Counted from the first letter of the stretch, positions 26,649 through 36,960 are shown. The stretch is DNA of 64,000 nt from Anaerobutyricum hallii (GCF_900209925.1 NZ_LT907978.1:863219-927218), one strand, 5' to 3'. Numbers and translations are program-made. Notes: generated from the letters alone by a model not told the origin.

Positions 26649-27470
26649 ATGAAGCGACAGAAAAGGGTAGCGGTAATTAATGATGTGACAGGGTTTGGCA
26701 GATGTTCTGCTGCTGTGGCACAGCCGATTATTTCTGCGATGAAGATACAGTGTTGTGTAATGCCGACAGCAATTTTGTCTGTGCATACAGGATTTCCGAA
26801 CTATTTTTTACAGGATTATACGCCATATCTTGAGACATATATGAATAGTTGGGAAGAAACCGGTATTGAATTTGATGGAATTACGACAGGATTTATTGGT
26901 TCAAAAGAACAGATCGGACTAGTTGTCGAATTTTTTAAAAAATTTAAAAAAGAGAATACATTGGCTGTAGTTGATCCGGTAATGGGAGATTACGGGAAGT
27001 TGTATTCTTCTTATACGGATGATATGTGTCTGGAGATGAAGAAACTTCTTCCTTATGCGGATGTGCTTACTCCAAATCTTACAGAAGCATGTCGTATCCT
27101 TGATCTGGATTATCATAAGGTGGATTTGTCAGAAGAAGGTTTGGAGGCAATCTGTGAGGCATTAAGTGAAATGGGACCGGACCGGATTGTGATTACCGGA
27201 CTGCAGCAGGGGGATTTGATTTTTAATTATATTTTTGAGAAAGATAAAACTTCGGAGCTGTTGTCTACAAGAAAAATTGGTGGAGACCGTTCTGGAACAG
27301 GTGATGTTTTTTCTTCTATTGTAACGGGAGCCTTAGTGCAGGGACAGGATTTTAAAACTGCGGTGAAAAGAGCAGTAACTTTTCTTGACAAAGCCATTGC
27401 TTATACAGCACAGATGGGATTGCCATGGAATTACGGAATATGTTTTGAAGAATATTTAGAGGAGATTTAG
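26649..27470 (+). CDS. pdxK: pyridoxal/pyridoxamine kinase (PdxK/PdxY, ribokinase superfamily)
   Basis: GSGD anion-hole motif; 273 aa; PdxY-like N-terminus. Confidence 0.75.
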   Translation: MKRQKRVAVINDVTGFGRCSAAVAQPIISAMKIQCCVMPTAILSVHTGFPNYFLQDYTPYLETYMNSWEETGIEFDGITTGFIGSKEQIGLVVEFFKKFKKENTLAVVDPVMGDYGKLYSSYTDDMCLEMKKLLPYADVLTPNLTEACRILDLDYHKVDLSEEGLEAICEALSEMGPDRIVITGLQQGDLIFNYIFEKDKTSELLSTRKIGGDRSGTGDVFSSIVTGALVQGQDFKTAVKRAVTFLDKAIAYTAQMGLPWNYGICFEEYLEEI

Positions 27471-27472
27471 AG

Positions 27473-28141
27473 ATGATTTTATATACAGTAAAAAATGGTG
27501 TTTATTATAATTTAGAAGATTTTAAAGAGGATTTATCAGATCTTGGAGAGAATGGATTCCCGAATAAGATTTATATTAATATGACAAATCGATGCTCTTG
27601 TTCTTGTACATTTTGTTTAAGAAGTTTAAAAGAATTTAATGAACATAACAGTTTATGGCTTAAGGAAGAACCATCGGTAGAATTAGTAAAAGAATTGTTT
27701 TCAAAATATGACTGGTCTCATGTAGCAGAAATTATTTTCTGTGGTTTTGGAGAACCGACCATGCGCTTTGATGATGTAGTGGAAGTGGCTCGGTGGTTAA
27801 AGAGTATACATCCGGATATTCCGTTACGTATCAATACGAATGGTTTATCCGATTTGGTGTTCGGAGAACCGACTGCAAGTCGACTTGCAGGAATTTTTGA
27901 TACAGTTTCGATCAGTTTAAATTCTTCTACCGCACAGAAATACCTTGATGTAACAAGAAATCGCTTTGGTCTGGCCTCTTATGATGCCATGTTAAGTTTT
28001 GCAAAAGCATGTCAGCGCTATGTTCCGAATGTAGTGATGACAGTTGTTGATGTAATTGGTGCCGAAGAAGTTGCAGATTGTCAGAAAGTCTGCGATACAC
28101 ATGGTCTTCAGCTTCGCGTGCGTCCATACGAGGCAAATTAA
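27473..28141 (+). CDS. small radical SAM protein (QueE/NrdG-like)
   Basis: CSCSCTFC contains CxxxCxxC, and GFGEPT resembles a glycine-rich SAM-binding motif. Starts 3 nt after pdxK. Confidence 0.65.
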   Translation: MILYTVKNGVYYNLEDFKEDLSDLGENGFPNKIYINMTNRCSCSCTFCLRSLKEFNEHNSLWLKEEPSVELVKELFSKYDWSHVAEIIFCGFGEPTMRFDDVVEVARWLKSIHPDIPLRINTNGLSDLVFGEPTASRLAGIFDTVSISLNSSTAQKYLDVTRNRFGLASYDAMLSFAKACQRYVPNVVMTVVDVIGAEEVADCQKVCDTHGLQLRVRPYEAN

Positions 28142-28175
28142 CAGATATGAATAATTTCTTTTAAAACAGCAGAAA

Positions 28176-28201
28176 ATACCTCCGGTAAGGAGGTGTTTTT
28201 T
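28176..28201 (+). terminator. intrinsic terminator upstream of ldh
   Basis: ACCTCC-GGTAA-GGAGGT followed by TTTTTTT. Confidence 0.55.
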
Positions 28202-28202
28202 T

Positions 28203-29147
28203 ATGAAAAAAGCAGAAAAAAGAAAGGTTGTTTTAATAGGGACCGGAATGGTGGGAATGAGTTATGCCTACGCAATATTAAATCAAAATTTATGTGATGA
28301 ACTTGTGTTGATTGATATCAATAAGAAAAAAGCTGAGGGAGAGGCCATGGATTTAAATCATGGAGTGGCTTTTAGCGGGGGTAACATGGAAATTTATGCA
28401 GGAGAATATAGTGATTGCAGGGATGCTGATCTTATAGTTCTTACAGCAGGATTGCCACAAAAAGAGAGGCAGAGTCGTCTGGATTTATTAAAAGAAAACC
28501 GGAAAATATTTGAAAGTATTCTACATTCGGTTTTACAAAGTGGTTTTTGTGGTATTTTTCTTGTGGCAACGAATCCTGTAGACATTATGACAAGGATCGT
28601 GTATGAAATTAGTGGATTTTCTCCAGAAAAAGTTATTGGTACAGGAACTGCGCTGGATACAGCAAGGCTTCGATATCTTCTTGGAGAAAAGTTTATGATA
28701 GATCCTAGAAATATGCATGCCTATGTAATGGGAGAACATGGGGATAGTGAGTTCGTTCCATGGAGTCAGGCTATGATGGCGACAAAACCGATCTTTGATC
28801 TGTGTGGAGAAACAAAAGGCTGTCATTTTCAGGAACTGCTTGAATTAGAAGAAGAAGTGCGGATGGCAGCATATAAAATTATTGAAGCGAAAAAAGCAAC
28901 ATATTATGGGATAGGAATGGCAATGGCTCGAATTACAAAGGCTATCTTTGGAAATGAGTATAGCGTGCTTACAGTATCGGCGTATTTACAGGGGGAATAT
29001 GGAGAAAGTGGAATTTATATTGGAATTCCATGTGTTGTAAATCGGATGGGAATTCAGCGGATCGTGGAACTTCCGCTTGGAGGAGAAGAAAAACAGCGTT
29101 TACATTCTTCGTGTGAAATGTTAGAAAATACGTACCAGGAAATTTAA
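28203..29147 (+). CDS. ldh: L-lactate dehydrogenase
   Basis: GTGMVGMSYA NAD-binding motif and LDH catalytic motifs; 314 aa. Confidence 0.9.
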   Translation: MKKAEKRKVVLIGTGMVGMSYAYAILNQNLCDELVLIDINKKKAEGEAMDLNHGVAFSGGNMEIYAGEYSDCRDADLIVLTAGLPQKERQSRLDLLKENRKIFESILHSVLQSGFCGIFLVATNPVDIMTRIVYEISGFSPEKVIGTGTALDTARLRYLLGEKFMIDPRNMHAYVMGEHGDSEFVPWSQAMMATKPIFDLCGETKGCHFQELLELEEEVRMAAYKIIEAKKATYYGIGMAMARITKAIFGNEYSVLTVSAYLQGEYGESGIYIGIPCVVNRMGIQRIVELPLGGEEKQRLHSSCEMLENTYQEI

Positions 29148-29323
29148 CTATAAAAAAGCAGAAAAATATGATATACTATGAAACTGTGATGATGTATTAC
29201 GTTAATGTATAAGTGAGGTTCCCGCATTTATACGGGAACCTTTAACAGATGTAACATAAGATTTAATAGATGCAACAATGTGACAGATTAAGTAAGACAG
29301 ATTTTGATGGAGCGGAGGAAATA

Positions 29324-30052
29324 ATGGATTATTTATTAGATGTGCATACGCATACGATTGCTAGCGGACATGCTTATAACAGTATGATGGAGATGGCAAA
29401 AGCAGGGTTTGATAAAGGGTTAAAGTTGCTTGGTATTACAGAGCATGCACCAATGATGCCGGGAACATGCCATAGTTTATATTTTCATAATTTAAAAGTT
29501 GTTCCGCGTACAATGTGTGGTATTGAAGTAATGCTGGGTGTTGAGCTTAACATTTTAGATTATGACGGACATGTAGATCTGGATGAAAGAACATTACGAC
29601 AGCTCGATCTTAAGATTGCCAGTTTACATAGTGTTTGTATTCAGCCAGGGACAAGGAAGGAGAATACACAGGCAGTTTTAGGAGCGATACATAATCCTTT
29701 GGTAGATATTATCGGACACCCGGACGATGGGATTTATCCGTTAGAATATGAACCGATTGTAGAAGCAGCAAAGGAAACCAATACTCTTTTAGAAGTAAAT
29801 AATAACTCTTTGAATCCGATGGGTGCAAGAAAGCATACGAGAGAGAATCTGATTGCAATGTTGGAATTGTGTAAGGAATATAAACAGCCGGTAGTAATGA
29901 ACAGCGATTCTCATGTATTTTGTGATGTGGCAAGAAGAGACTTCTCAGAAAAATTGATAGAAGAAATTGATTTTCCGGAAGAGTTGATCGTGAATCATTC
30001 CGTAGACGTATTTAAAGAATATATTCATAGAAAGTACAAAGAGGATAAATAA
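29324..30052 (+). CDS. PHP-domain phosphoesterase
   Basis: LDVHTHT motif. RBS GGAGG 5 nt before the ATG at 29324. Confidence 0.7.
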   Translation: MDYLLDVHTHTIASGHAYNSMMEMAKAGFDKGLKLLGITEHAPMMPGTCHSLYFHNLKVVPRTMCGIEVMLGVELNILDYDGHVDLDERTLRQLDLKIASLHSVCIQPGTRKENTQAVLGAIHNPLVDIIGHPDDGIYPLEYEPIVEAAKETNTLLEVNNNSLNPMGARKHTRENLIAMLELCKEYKQPVVMNSDSHVFCDVARRDFSEKLIEEIDFPEELIVNHSVDVFKEYIHRKYKEDK

Positions 30053-30100
30053 AGATTAGAAGATACATAGATTTGAATTTTTAAGGAAGAGGTGAAACTT

Positions 30101-30406
30101 ATGGGAAAAAGTGTACATAATGAAGAGACAAGAAAGTTAATGGAGGGTATTTTAAAGCTACAGTCTGTAGAAGAATGTTATGCTTTTTTTGAAGATTTAT
30201 GTACGGTCAATGAATTATTGTCGTTGGGACAGCGCTTCGAGGTGGCAAATATGCTTCGGAATCATAAAACTTATAATGAGGTAGCCGAAGTAACCGGTGC
30301 ATCTACGGCAACGATCAGTCGAGTGAACCGTTGTTTGAATTATGGAACAGACGGGTATCAGCTTGTACTTAGCCGAATGGAAAAATTAGAAAAAAAAGAA
30401 GATTAG
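30101..30406 (+). CDS. YerC/YecD-family TrpR-like DNA-binding protein
   Basis: EVAEVTGASTATISRV helix-turn-helix. RBS AGGAAGAGGTG. Confidence 0.7.
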   Translation: MGKSVHNEETRKLMEGILKLQSVEECYAFFEDLCTVNELLSLGQRFEVANMLRNHKTYNEVAEVTGASTATISRVNRCLNYGTDGYQLVLSRMEKLEKKED

Positions 30407-30477
30407 ATTTGACAGGAGTTGGGATTTGCGTGGACGTTGCATGTTGATTCTGATTTGGCTTGTTAGAAAATATAAAA

Positions 30478-30533
30478 AGACCAGAGAGAGGATTCAAACA
30501 GTGCAGATGAATCTCTTTGGTCTTTTTATATTT
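30478..30533 (+). terminator. intrinsic terminator
   Basis: AGACCAGAGAGAGGATTC..GAATCTCTTTGGTCT followed by TTTTATATTT. Confidence 0.7.
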
Positions 30534-30634
30534 AAATCAGATGTGAGATGACTTCCCCCTCTGCAGGTGGCGAGCAACAAATCAGTATCAGTGGGGCATT
30601 CTTGAATCTTATTCTGAAATGATAATAAAATGAA

Positions 30635-31244
30635 TCAGCCCTTTTTCTTTTTGGGGTGTTCTTCGCGTCTACGGTCAATGAGCTTCTCGATAATCTGCTT
30701 TCTCATATAGATATCAGAGCAAAGCTGGTAGATAAAGGAAAAATCATCCAGATATTTTGCTTCTTCTTCCGAAAGAGAATACTCAGCAAAAGAATTACGG
30801 CTTTTTTTCCCAGGTTTTTATAATATCTTCGGATATGGCAGTTTCATTCACTGCGTAGTCATTAATGATCTTATGGTAAATATCGGAAAGTGAGAGCCCA
30901 TTCTCGGTATTTTCAGGAAAATACCTTTCTGATAGTGGCTCTAAAAGACTTTGAATATCAGAAATAGATAATATACTCTTCAAGTAATAGATCATAATTA
31001 AAAGAAAAATATGCTCTCTTGAATACTTCTTCTTGTTAGAAGGAGGAAGAAGTTTATTCTTTGTATAATTGTTGATCATTGTTTTCGTAAGAATCTTATC
31101 ATCCGGATAGCGCTTGGAACCAGCTAATCTGGTGTCCATTAAAGTGGTTACCTGATCCATATATAATCCGATATCCGGGATGTCTTCCGGTGGAATAGAT
31201 TCTGTTTTTAATAAATTACACAGCCAGTCTTTATAATTATCCAA
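30635..31244 (-). pseudogene. DUF1836-family gene interrupted by a frameshift at a T7 homopolymer (30802-30808)
   Basis: The ORF 30795..31244 ends with ...KTWEKKP*. The -1 frame continues without stops for 53 codons (SRNSFAEYSLSEEEAKYLDD...EEHPKKKKG*) to 30635. Confidence 0.55.
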
Positions 31245-31477
31245 AATGGTACCTCCATATGTTTTACAAATGTTTGTGTAACTATATTATATAGTTTTTA
31301 TTACTATATAGCAAGTGGAAATATCGTGAAAAATAAAATCCATATCCTAAGTGACAAGAATATAAAAGTAATGTATAATAAAAATAAGTACCAGTCTTTT
31401 GACAGTGAATATAAAATATGTATATATAATAAATGTACTTGCAGATTTTGTAGTACATGGGTGTAAGGAGGTATATT

Positions 31478-32524
31478 ATGGGATTATTTAAAAATCAGCT
31501 TGCCAATGTAGTAGAGTGGGAAGAATACAGAGATGACGTTATTTTTTACAAATGGAATAACAGTGAAATTAAAAAGGGATCCCGTTTAATTATTCGTCCG
31601 GGACAGGATGCTATTTTTTTATATAATGGTGTTACGGAAGGTGTTTTTGAAAAAGAAGGCAATTATGATATAGAATCAGATATCATGCCATTTCTTTCTA
31701 CATTAAAGGGATTTAAGTTTGGATTTAACAGTGGAATCCGCGCAGAGGTAATTTTCATTAATACAAAGGAATTTACTATGAAGTGGGGAACCAAACAGGC
31801 TGTCAATCTTCCTACCCCGGCTCTTCCAGGAGGAATGCCGATTCGTGCGAATGGAACATTCCAGTTTAAAGTTGGAAGTTACCAGATGCTGATCGACAAA
31901 GTAGCAGGGATAAAGAAACAGTATACAACAGAGGAAGTAAGAGAACGTGTATTATCTGTTCTTAATCAGCTGCTTCTTCGATGGATCGTTCGTGAAGGAA
32001 AGGATATGTTTAATATTCAGGCGAACGCAGTCGAGATTTCTGAGGGAATCATGGGAGAACTGAATACAGAACTGGAGAAAATCGGACTTGCTGCAACCGG
32101 ATTCCAGATTGATTCTGTCAGCTATCCGGAAGAAGTTCAGGAAATGGTAACTAAGGTGGCTGGTCAGAGTATGGTTGGTGACATGGGACGATATCAGCAG
32201 ATGGCGATGATCGATGCGATGACAAATACTAGCAATAATGGCGGCGGAAACAATATGGCAGCAGATATGGCATCTATGCAGATGGGAATGATGATGGGAC
32301 AGCAGATGGTAAATCAGATGCAGAATGCCATGCAGGGACAGAATAATCAGAATATTGCACAGGGACAGGTTCAGAATACAGCTTCAAATGTACAGCCTCA
32401 AAGCCAGCCTCAGCCACAGGCAGAGCAGCCGGCAGGAGGAGTACCAAACTTTTGTCCAAACTGTGGTCAGAAGACGGAAGGAAGTAAGTTCTGTCCAAAC
32501 TGTGGTCAGAAACTGGTGCCTTAG
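31478..32524 (+). CDS. SPFH/band-7-like protein with a C-terminal double zinc ribbon (YdjI-like)
   Basis: RBS AAGGAGG before the ATG at 31478. Q/N/M-rich linker. Two FCPNCGQK motifs. Confidence 0.7.
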   Translation: MGLFKNQLANVVEWEEYRDDVIFYKWNNSEIKKGSRLIIRPGQDAIFLYNGVTEGVFEKEGNYDIESDIMPFLSTLKGFKFGFNSGIRAEVIFINTKEFTMKWGTKQAVNLPTPALPGGMPIRANGTFQFKVGSYQMLIDKVAGIKKQYTTEEVRERVLSVLNQLLLRWIVREGKDMFNIQANAVEISEGIMGELNTELEKIGLAATGFQIDSVSYPEEVQEMVTKVAGQSMVGDMGRYQQMAMIDAMTNTSNNGGGNNMAADMASMQMGMMMGQQMVNQMQNAMQGQNNQNIAQGQVQNTASNVQPQSQPQPQAEQPAGGVPNFCPNCGQKTEGSKFCPNCGQKLVP

Positions 32525-32597
32525 CATATTGATAAAGGGATTTATCCTATAAATGAAGTATCAATATAATGACACAGTGTTTTAGAAAGGTTGGATA

Positions 32598-34817
32598 ATG
32601 AGTATTTACGATACTTTAAATAAAGAACAAAGAGAGGCGGTCTTCTGTACAGAAGGCCCCCTTTTGATGCTTGCGGGAGCAGGATCGGGAAAGACCAGAT
32701 CACTAACACACCGTATTGCATATTTAATAGAAGAAAAAGGAATTGCACCATGGAACATTCTGGCAATCACTTTCACAAACAAGGCGGCGCAGGAGATGAG
32801 AGAGCGTGTAGATTCTCTGGTAGGATACGGTTCAGAAGATATTTGGATCAGCACCTTTCATGCTACTTGCAGCCGTATTTTGCGAAGACATATTGATTTG
32901 TTAGGATATGACAGAAATTTTACGATTTATGATGCAAGCGATCAAAAGTCTCTTATGAAAGAAGTTTTAAAAGAGATGAAAATCGATACGAAGCAGTTTC
33001 CAGAACGCTCGGTTATGTCAGAAATTTCTTCTGCCAAGAATGAATATAAATCTCCGCTCGATTATCGTAATGAGTACGGAAGTAATTATCGTAATCAGAG
33101 AATTGCGGATATTTATGAATGTTATCAGAAGCGTCTAAAGGAGAATAATGCACTTGATTTTGACGATCTTCTTGTAAAAATGGTAGATTTATTTCAGGCA
33201 AATCCAGAAGTTTTAGAGCATTATCAGGATCGTTTTCGGTATATTATGGTTGACGAATATCAGGATACGAATACAGTACAGTTCCTATTGGTAAGTCTTC
33301 TTGCAAAGAAATATTGTAATCTTTGTGTTGTCGGAGATGATGATCAGTCTATTTATAAATTCCGGGGAGCCAATATTTATAATATTTTAAATTTTGAGAA
33401 AGTATTTCCGGATGCACAGGTAATCCGTTTAGAACAGAATTATCGTTCCACGCAGAATATTCTTAATGCTGCAAACGGAGTTATTGCAAATAATAAAGGA
33501 AGAAAAGAAAAGAAATTGTGGACCGAAAACCAGAAGGGAGAATTGGTTCACTTTAAGCAGTATGATACGGAATATGAAGAGGCAGAAGGAGTTGTATCCA
33601 CTATTAATTTCCTCTCCATGCGAGGGGTAGAATATAAGGATATGGCAATTTTATATAGAACGAATGCACAGTCTCGCATATTTGAAGAAAAGTTAAAACA
33701 AAGAAATATTCCATATGCGATCGTACGAGGAATTAGTTTTTACGATAGAAAAGAAATTAAAGATTTGATGAGCTATCTGAAAGTGGTAGACAGCGGAATG
33801 GATGATCTCTCCGTAAAAAGAATTATCAATGTTCCGAAAAGAGGAATTGGTCAGACAACAATTAACCGTCTGCAGGAGTTTGCGATCATGAATCAGATGA
33901 GTTTCCTTGATGCAGTATTTAATGCAGATGAGATTCCGGAAGTTGCAAGGGCACTTGCAAAGCTTCATAAATTTGCAGATATGATAGAAAATTTTCGAAA
34001 TTACAGTATGGAACATGAAATCAGTGAATTGTTAGAACATATTCTTGATGTAACACAATATAGAGCAGAATTAGAAGCAGAAGGAACAGATGAATCCATC
34101 AGCCGCTTAGAAGATATAGAGGAACTTTTTAACGATATTGCATATTACGAAGAAGAGGAAGAAAATCCGAATCTTCGAGATTTCCTTGCAGAAAAAGATA
34201 TGTATACACTAAATGCGGGAATTGATAACTTAGAAGAAGAGGATAATAAGGTGTTATTGATGACACTTCATAATGCAAAAGGTCTGGAATTTAATAATGT
34301 TTTCCTTGGAGGCATGGAAGAAGGCGTGTTTCCAGGTTATGGTGCTATGATGTCAGGCGATGAATCAGAAATAGAAGAAGAACGCCGGCTTTGCTATGTT
34401 GGAATCACAAGAGCAAAGGAAAGACTGTTCTTAAGTTCAGCCAAGAGAAGAATGTTACGTGGTCAGACACAATATAACAGGCATTCCCGCTTTATCGATG
34501 AAATCCCTTCCGCTTATCTCGATATAAAGAAGAATAATTCCACACATCAGGAAGTGAAAAAGACAGATCGCCCGGTGAAGTATCAATATGGAGCGGGAGC
34601 AGGAAAACCGTATAATCTGAGTGATTTTAAAATAAAACCAGCCGGAGAATTAAATTATCAGGTGGGAGACCGCGTGAAGCATATCAAGTTTGGCGTGGGA
34701 ACCGTACAGGAAATCACAAAAGGTGGAAGAGATTATGAAGTCTCCGTAGACTTTGACAGAGTAGGACGAAAAAAAATGTTCGCATCTTTCGCAAAATTAA
34801 AAAAAGTTACTATTTGA
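32598..34817 (+). CDS. pcrA: ATP-dependent DNA helicase PcrA (UvrD family)
   Basis: GAGSGKT Walker A, DEYQDTN, and UvrD helicase motifs; 739 aa. Confidence 0.9.
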   Translation: MSIYDTLNKEQREAVFCTEGPLLMLAGAGSGKTRSLTHRIAYLIEEKGIAPWNILAITFTNKAAQEMRERVDSLVGYGSEDIWISTFHATCSRILRRHIDLLGYDRNFTIYDASDQKSLMKEVLKEMKIDTKQFPERSVMSEISSAKNEYKSPLDYRNEYGSNYRNQRIADIYECYQKRLKENNALDFDDLLVKMVDLFQANPEVLEHYQDRFRYIMVDEYQDTNTVQFLLVSLLAKKYCNLCVVGDDDQSIYKFRGANIYNILNFEKVFPDAQVIRLEQNYRSTQNILNAANGVIANNKGRKEKKLWTENQKGELVHFKQYDTEYEEAEGVVSTINFLSMRGVEYKDMAILYRTNAQSRIFEEKLKQRNIPYAIVRGISFYDRKEIKDLMSYLKVVDSGMDDLSVKRIINVPKRGIGQTTINRLQEFAIMNQMSFLDAVFNADEIPEVARALAKLHKFADMIENFRNYSMEHEISELLEHILDVTQYRAELEAEGTDESISRLEDIEELFNDIAYYEEEEENPNLRDFLAEKDMYTLNAGIDNLEEEDNKVLLMTLHNAKGLEFNNVFLGGMEEGVFPGYGAMMSGDESEIEEERRLCYVGITRAKERLFLSSAKRRMLRGQTQYNRHSRFIDEIPSAYLDIKKNNSTHQEVKKTDRPVKYQYGAGAGKPYNLSDFKIKPAGELNYQVGDRVKHIKFGVGTVQEITKGGRDYEVSVDFDRVGRKKMFASFAKLKKVTI

Positions 34818-34837
34818 TTCATTTAGAAGAAAACAGA

Positions 34838-34955
34838 CGAAAAAAGAAATAATACCATATCCCATCTGCTCTGTAGTCGCTGTGTTTAAGATGCTCATCC
34901 GCATCTTAAACACGCTCCGAAGCCGCATCTGGGATATGGTATTATTTCTTTTTTC
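34838..34955. repeat. IR-B palindromic terminator-like repeat, copy 2
   Basis: GAAAAAAGAAATAATACCATATCCCATCTG..GTGTTTAAGATGC/GCATCTTAAACAC..GGGATATGGTATTATTTCTTTTTTC. The inner hairpin is perfect through an A-to-G compensatory change. Confidence 0.85.
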
Positions 34956-35150
34956 TGTGTTTTGGCTCCAGAAGGAATGAATGCAATAGTCTTTGGAGAG
35001 AGATGGGGAAGAAATCAGAAGACTACTGCTTGCTCGGAAGATGTATCATCCAGAAGATTATTTTCTCGCTCTTAACGAGTAGTAAAGAGAAAGGAGATTG
35101 TCATTTTACAAAAAAGTACAGAAATCGCCTTTATATTTATCGTACATTCT

Positions 35151-35180
35151 AATTCAAGAACGCCTTGGCATTCTTGCTGC
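35151..35180. repeat. short palindrome family (CAAGAACGCCTTGGCATTCTTGCTGCG)
   Basis: Reverse orientation of the CGCAGCAAGAATGCC..GGCATTCTTGAAT element seen at 40287 and 55994. Confidence 0.6.
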
Positions 35181-35418
35181 GAGATGTGCGTTATATATAA
35201 CGTATGGCATATGTTTTGAGAAAAAACGATATATTGCGACAATATAATGATAAAATTATTATGTACAGTGATAGGTTTCGGTATCATCTTATCATCAGTG
35301 AAACTTGAAAAAAGGTTCAGCATAGTAGAAATAGCATCGAAATAAGCCACAACCTCCTGACCTCTCCCCCCTTTCTCTCCCCAAAAACTATTTCATTCAT
35401 TCCATGTGGTACCAACAC

Positions 35419-35542
35419 ACAGAAAATAAAAATAATAGACCATTGCAAATATAATGTGAGAGCAAGTAAAAATGCCGAACAGGCATTTTCTACGCAGTGA
35501 TATCTTTATATTTGCAATGGTCTATTATTTTTATTTTCGTCT
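35419..35542. repeat. IR-A palindromic repeat, copy 5 (divergent arms)
   Basis: Arms GAAAATAAAAATAATAGACCATTGCAAATATAA and their exact reverse complement, with the core GTAAAAATGCCGAACAGGCATTTTC. Confidence 0.8.
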
Positions 35543-35640
35543 GTTTTCCCCTAATGAATCAAATAGTAAAAAAATATTGTTGGTAAAGCAGGCTTTATCG
35601 TGATATACTAAAGAAAAGATTAGTAAGGAGGACTTGCATA

Positions 35641-35952
35641 ATGAAAAATATTGATGAATTACTTGGTGTTGCAAAGTTATCAGAGTTAATGAGCAATGAT
35701 AAGAAGGATGAATCTAAGAAAGTTTTATGGGTTCTGGCAATTATCGGAGCAGTAGCAGCAGTTGCAGGAATTGCAGCTTTAGTTTATAAGTATCTTTCTC
35801 CAGATTATTTAGAAGATATTGATGATGACTATGATGACGACTTTGACGATGATTTCTTCGATGAAGAAGAGGATGAACCAGAGCAGGAAGAGACAGAAGA
35901 GACAGAAGAAACAGAAAAAGTAGAAGAAACAGAAAAGGCAGAAGAAAATTAA
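35641..35952 (+). CDS. small membrane protein with an acidic D/E-rich tail
   Basis: RBS AAGGAGG. One transmembrane helix, then a DDDYDDDFDDDFFDEEEDE tail. Confidence 0.55.
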   Translation: MKNIDELLGVAKLSELMSNDKKDESKKVLWVLAIIGAVAAVAGIAALVYKYLSPDYLEDIDDDYDDDFDDDFFDEEEDEPEQEETEETEETEKVEETEKAEEN

Positions 35953-35968
35953 AATCTTAAGTGTTTAA

Positions 35969-36016
35969 AGGACAGTCGGTATAATGAAGAAAAGTTTATA
36001 CCGGCTGTTTTTTTGT
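35969..36016 (+). terminator. intrinsic terminator
   Basis: GACAGTCGGTATA..TATACCGGCTGT followed by TTTTTTT. Confidence 0.7.
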
Positions 36017-36187
36017 TTTATGGAGAGCATATTCTTATAAAGTAAAAAATGCTTCACATTTTAAGATATCACTATAAGGATATAAGAAAAATGCCAGGTG
36101 GAAATGTCAAAAAATAAATGTACAGTTGTGCTAATTGTCTGAAAAAAATATATTTTTAAAAATTTTAAGAAAAGTTAAAAAAAACTG

Positions 36188-36216
36188 TTGACATTTTGTT
36201 TGGGGTAGTATATAAT
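36188..36216 (+). promoter_or_regulatory. consensus sigma-A promoter of the tRNA cluster
   Basis: TTGACA, a 17-nt spacer, then TATAAT (36188-36193 and 36211-36216), about 50 nt upstream of the first tRNA. Confidence 0.75.
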
Positions 36217-36265
36217 GCATATTGTCAGCGCGAGAGAATGGCGAGGACATGAATTATTTGAATAT

Positions 36266-36340
36266 CGGGGTGTGGCTCAGCTTGGCTAGAGCGCTTGATT
36301 TGGGATCAAGAGGCCGCAGGTTCGAATCCTGTCACCCCGA
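36266..36340 (+). tRNA. tRNA-Pro(TGG)
   Basis: Cloverleaf with a C1:G72 pair, anticodon loop TTTGGGA, and T-loop TTCGAAT. No encoded CCA. Confidence 0.85.
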
Positions 36341-36345
36341 TATCT

Positions 36346-36416
36346 GCGGGTGTAGTTCAATGGTAGAACACTAGCCTTCCAAGCTAGATACGTGGGTTCG
36401 ATTCCCATCACCCGCT
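36346..36416 (+). tRNA. tRNA-Gly(TCC)
   Basis: Acceptor GCGGGTG/CACCCGC. Anticodon loop CTTCCAA. Confidence 0.85.
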
Positions 36417-36465
36417 TCTGCGAGAGCAGTATTTACAGTTATATAATGTAACTACTATTTTATGC

Positions 36466-36539
<74 letters not shown>

Positions 36540-36561
36540 TTTGTCAGGTTGTCCTGGCTAT

Positions 36562-36636
36562 GGTGGGTGTGGCGCAGTTGGTTAGCGCGCCAGATTGTGG
36601 CTCTGGAGGCCGAGGGTTCGAATCCCTCTACCCACC
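36562..36636 (+). tRNA. tRNA-His(GTG) with encoded G-1
   Basis: An extra 5' G pairs with C73. Anticodon loop TTGTGGC. Confidence 0.85.
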
Positions 36637-36642
36637 TTATAA

Positions 36643-36714
36643 TGGGCTATCGCCAAGCGGTAAGGCACAGGACTTTGACTCCTGCATTCGCTGGTTCGAA
36701 TCCAGCTAGTCCAG
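36643..36714 (+). tRNA. tRNA-Gln(TTG)
   Basis: Anticodon loop CTTTGAC. T-loop TTCGAAT. Confidence 0.8.
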
Positions 36715-36756
36715 TTGGACCAGTGATTCGATATGCTGGCTCAGTAATATTTATAT

Positions 36757-36829
36757 GGGATATTAGCTCAGTTGGTAGAGCACTTGACTTTTAATCAAGT
36801 TGTCCGGGGTTCGAATCCCCGATGTCTCA
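36757..36829 (+). tRNA. tRNA-Lys(TTT)
   Basis: TAGCTCAGTTGGTAGAGC D-arm. Anticodon loop CTTTTAA. Confidence 0.8.
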
Positions 36830-36880
36830 TTTGAGAATCGTCTTATAGATGATTTTTGATTTAAAACATTATAGTTATAC

Positions 36881-36955
36881 CGGGGTGTGGCTCAGCTTGG
36901 CTAGAGCGCTTGATTTGGGATCAAGAGGCCGCAGGTTCGAATCCTGTCACCCCGA
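36881..36955 (+). tRNA. tRNA-Pro(TGG), second identical copy
   Basis: Identical in sequence to 36266-36340. Confidence 0.85.
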
Positions 36956-36960
36956 TATCT

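Noticed and set aside
35072-35350. 92-aa minus-strand ORF in the repeat-rich gap after pcrA
   Set aside because: GTG start only 2 nt from an AGGAGG, a low-complexity hydrophobic product, and an overlap with a palindrome-family repeat. Most likely non-coding.
36549-36794. 81-aa ORF overlapping the tRNA-His, tRNA-Gln and tRNA-Lys genes
   Set aside because: It lies entirely within the tRNA genes and has no RBS, so it is spurious.
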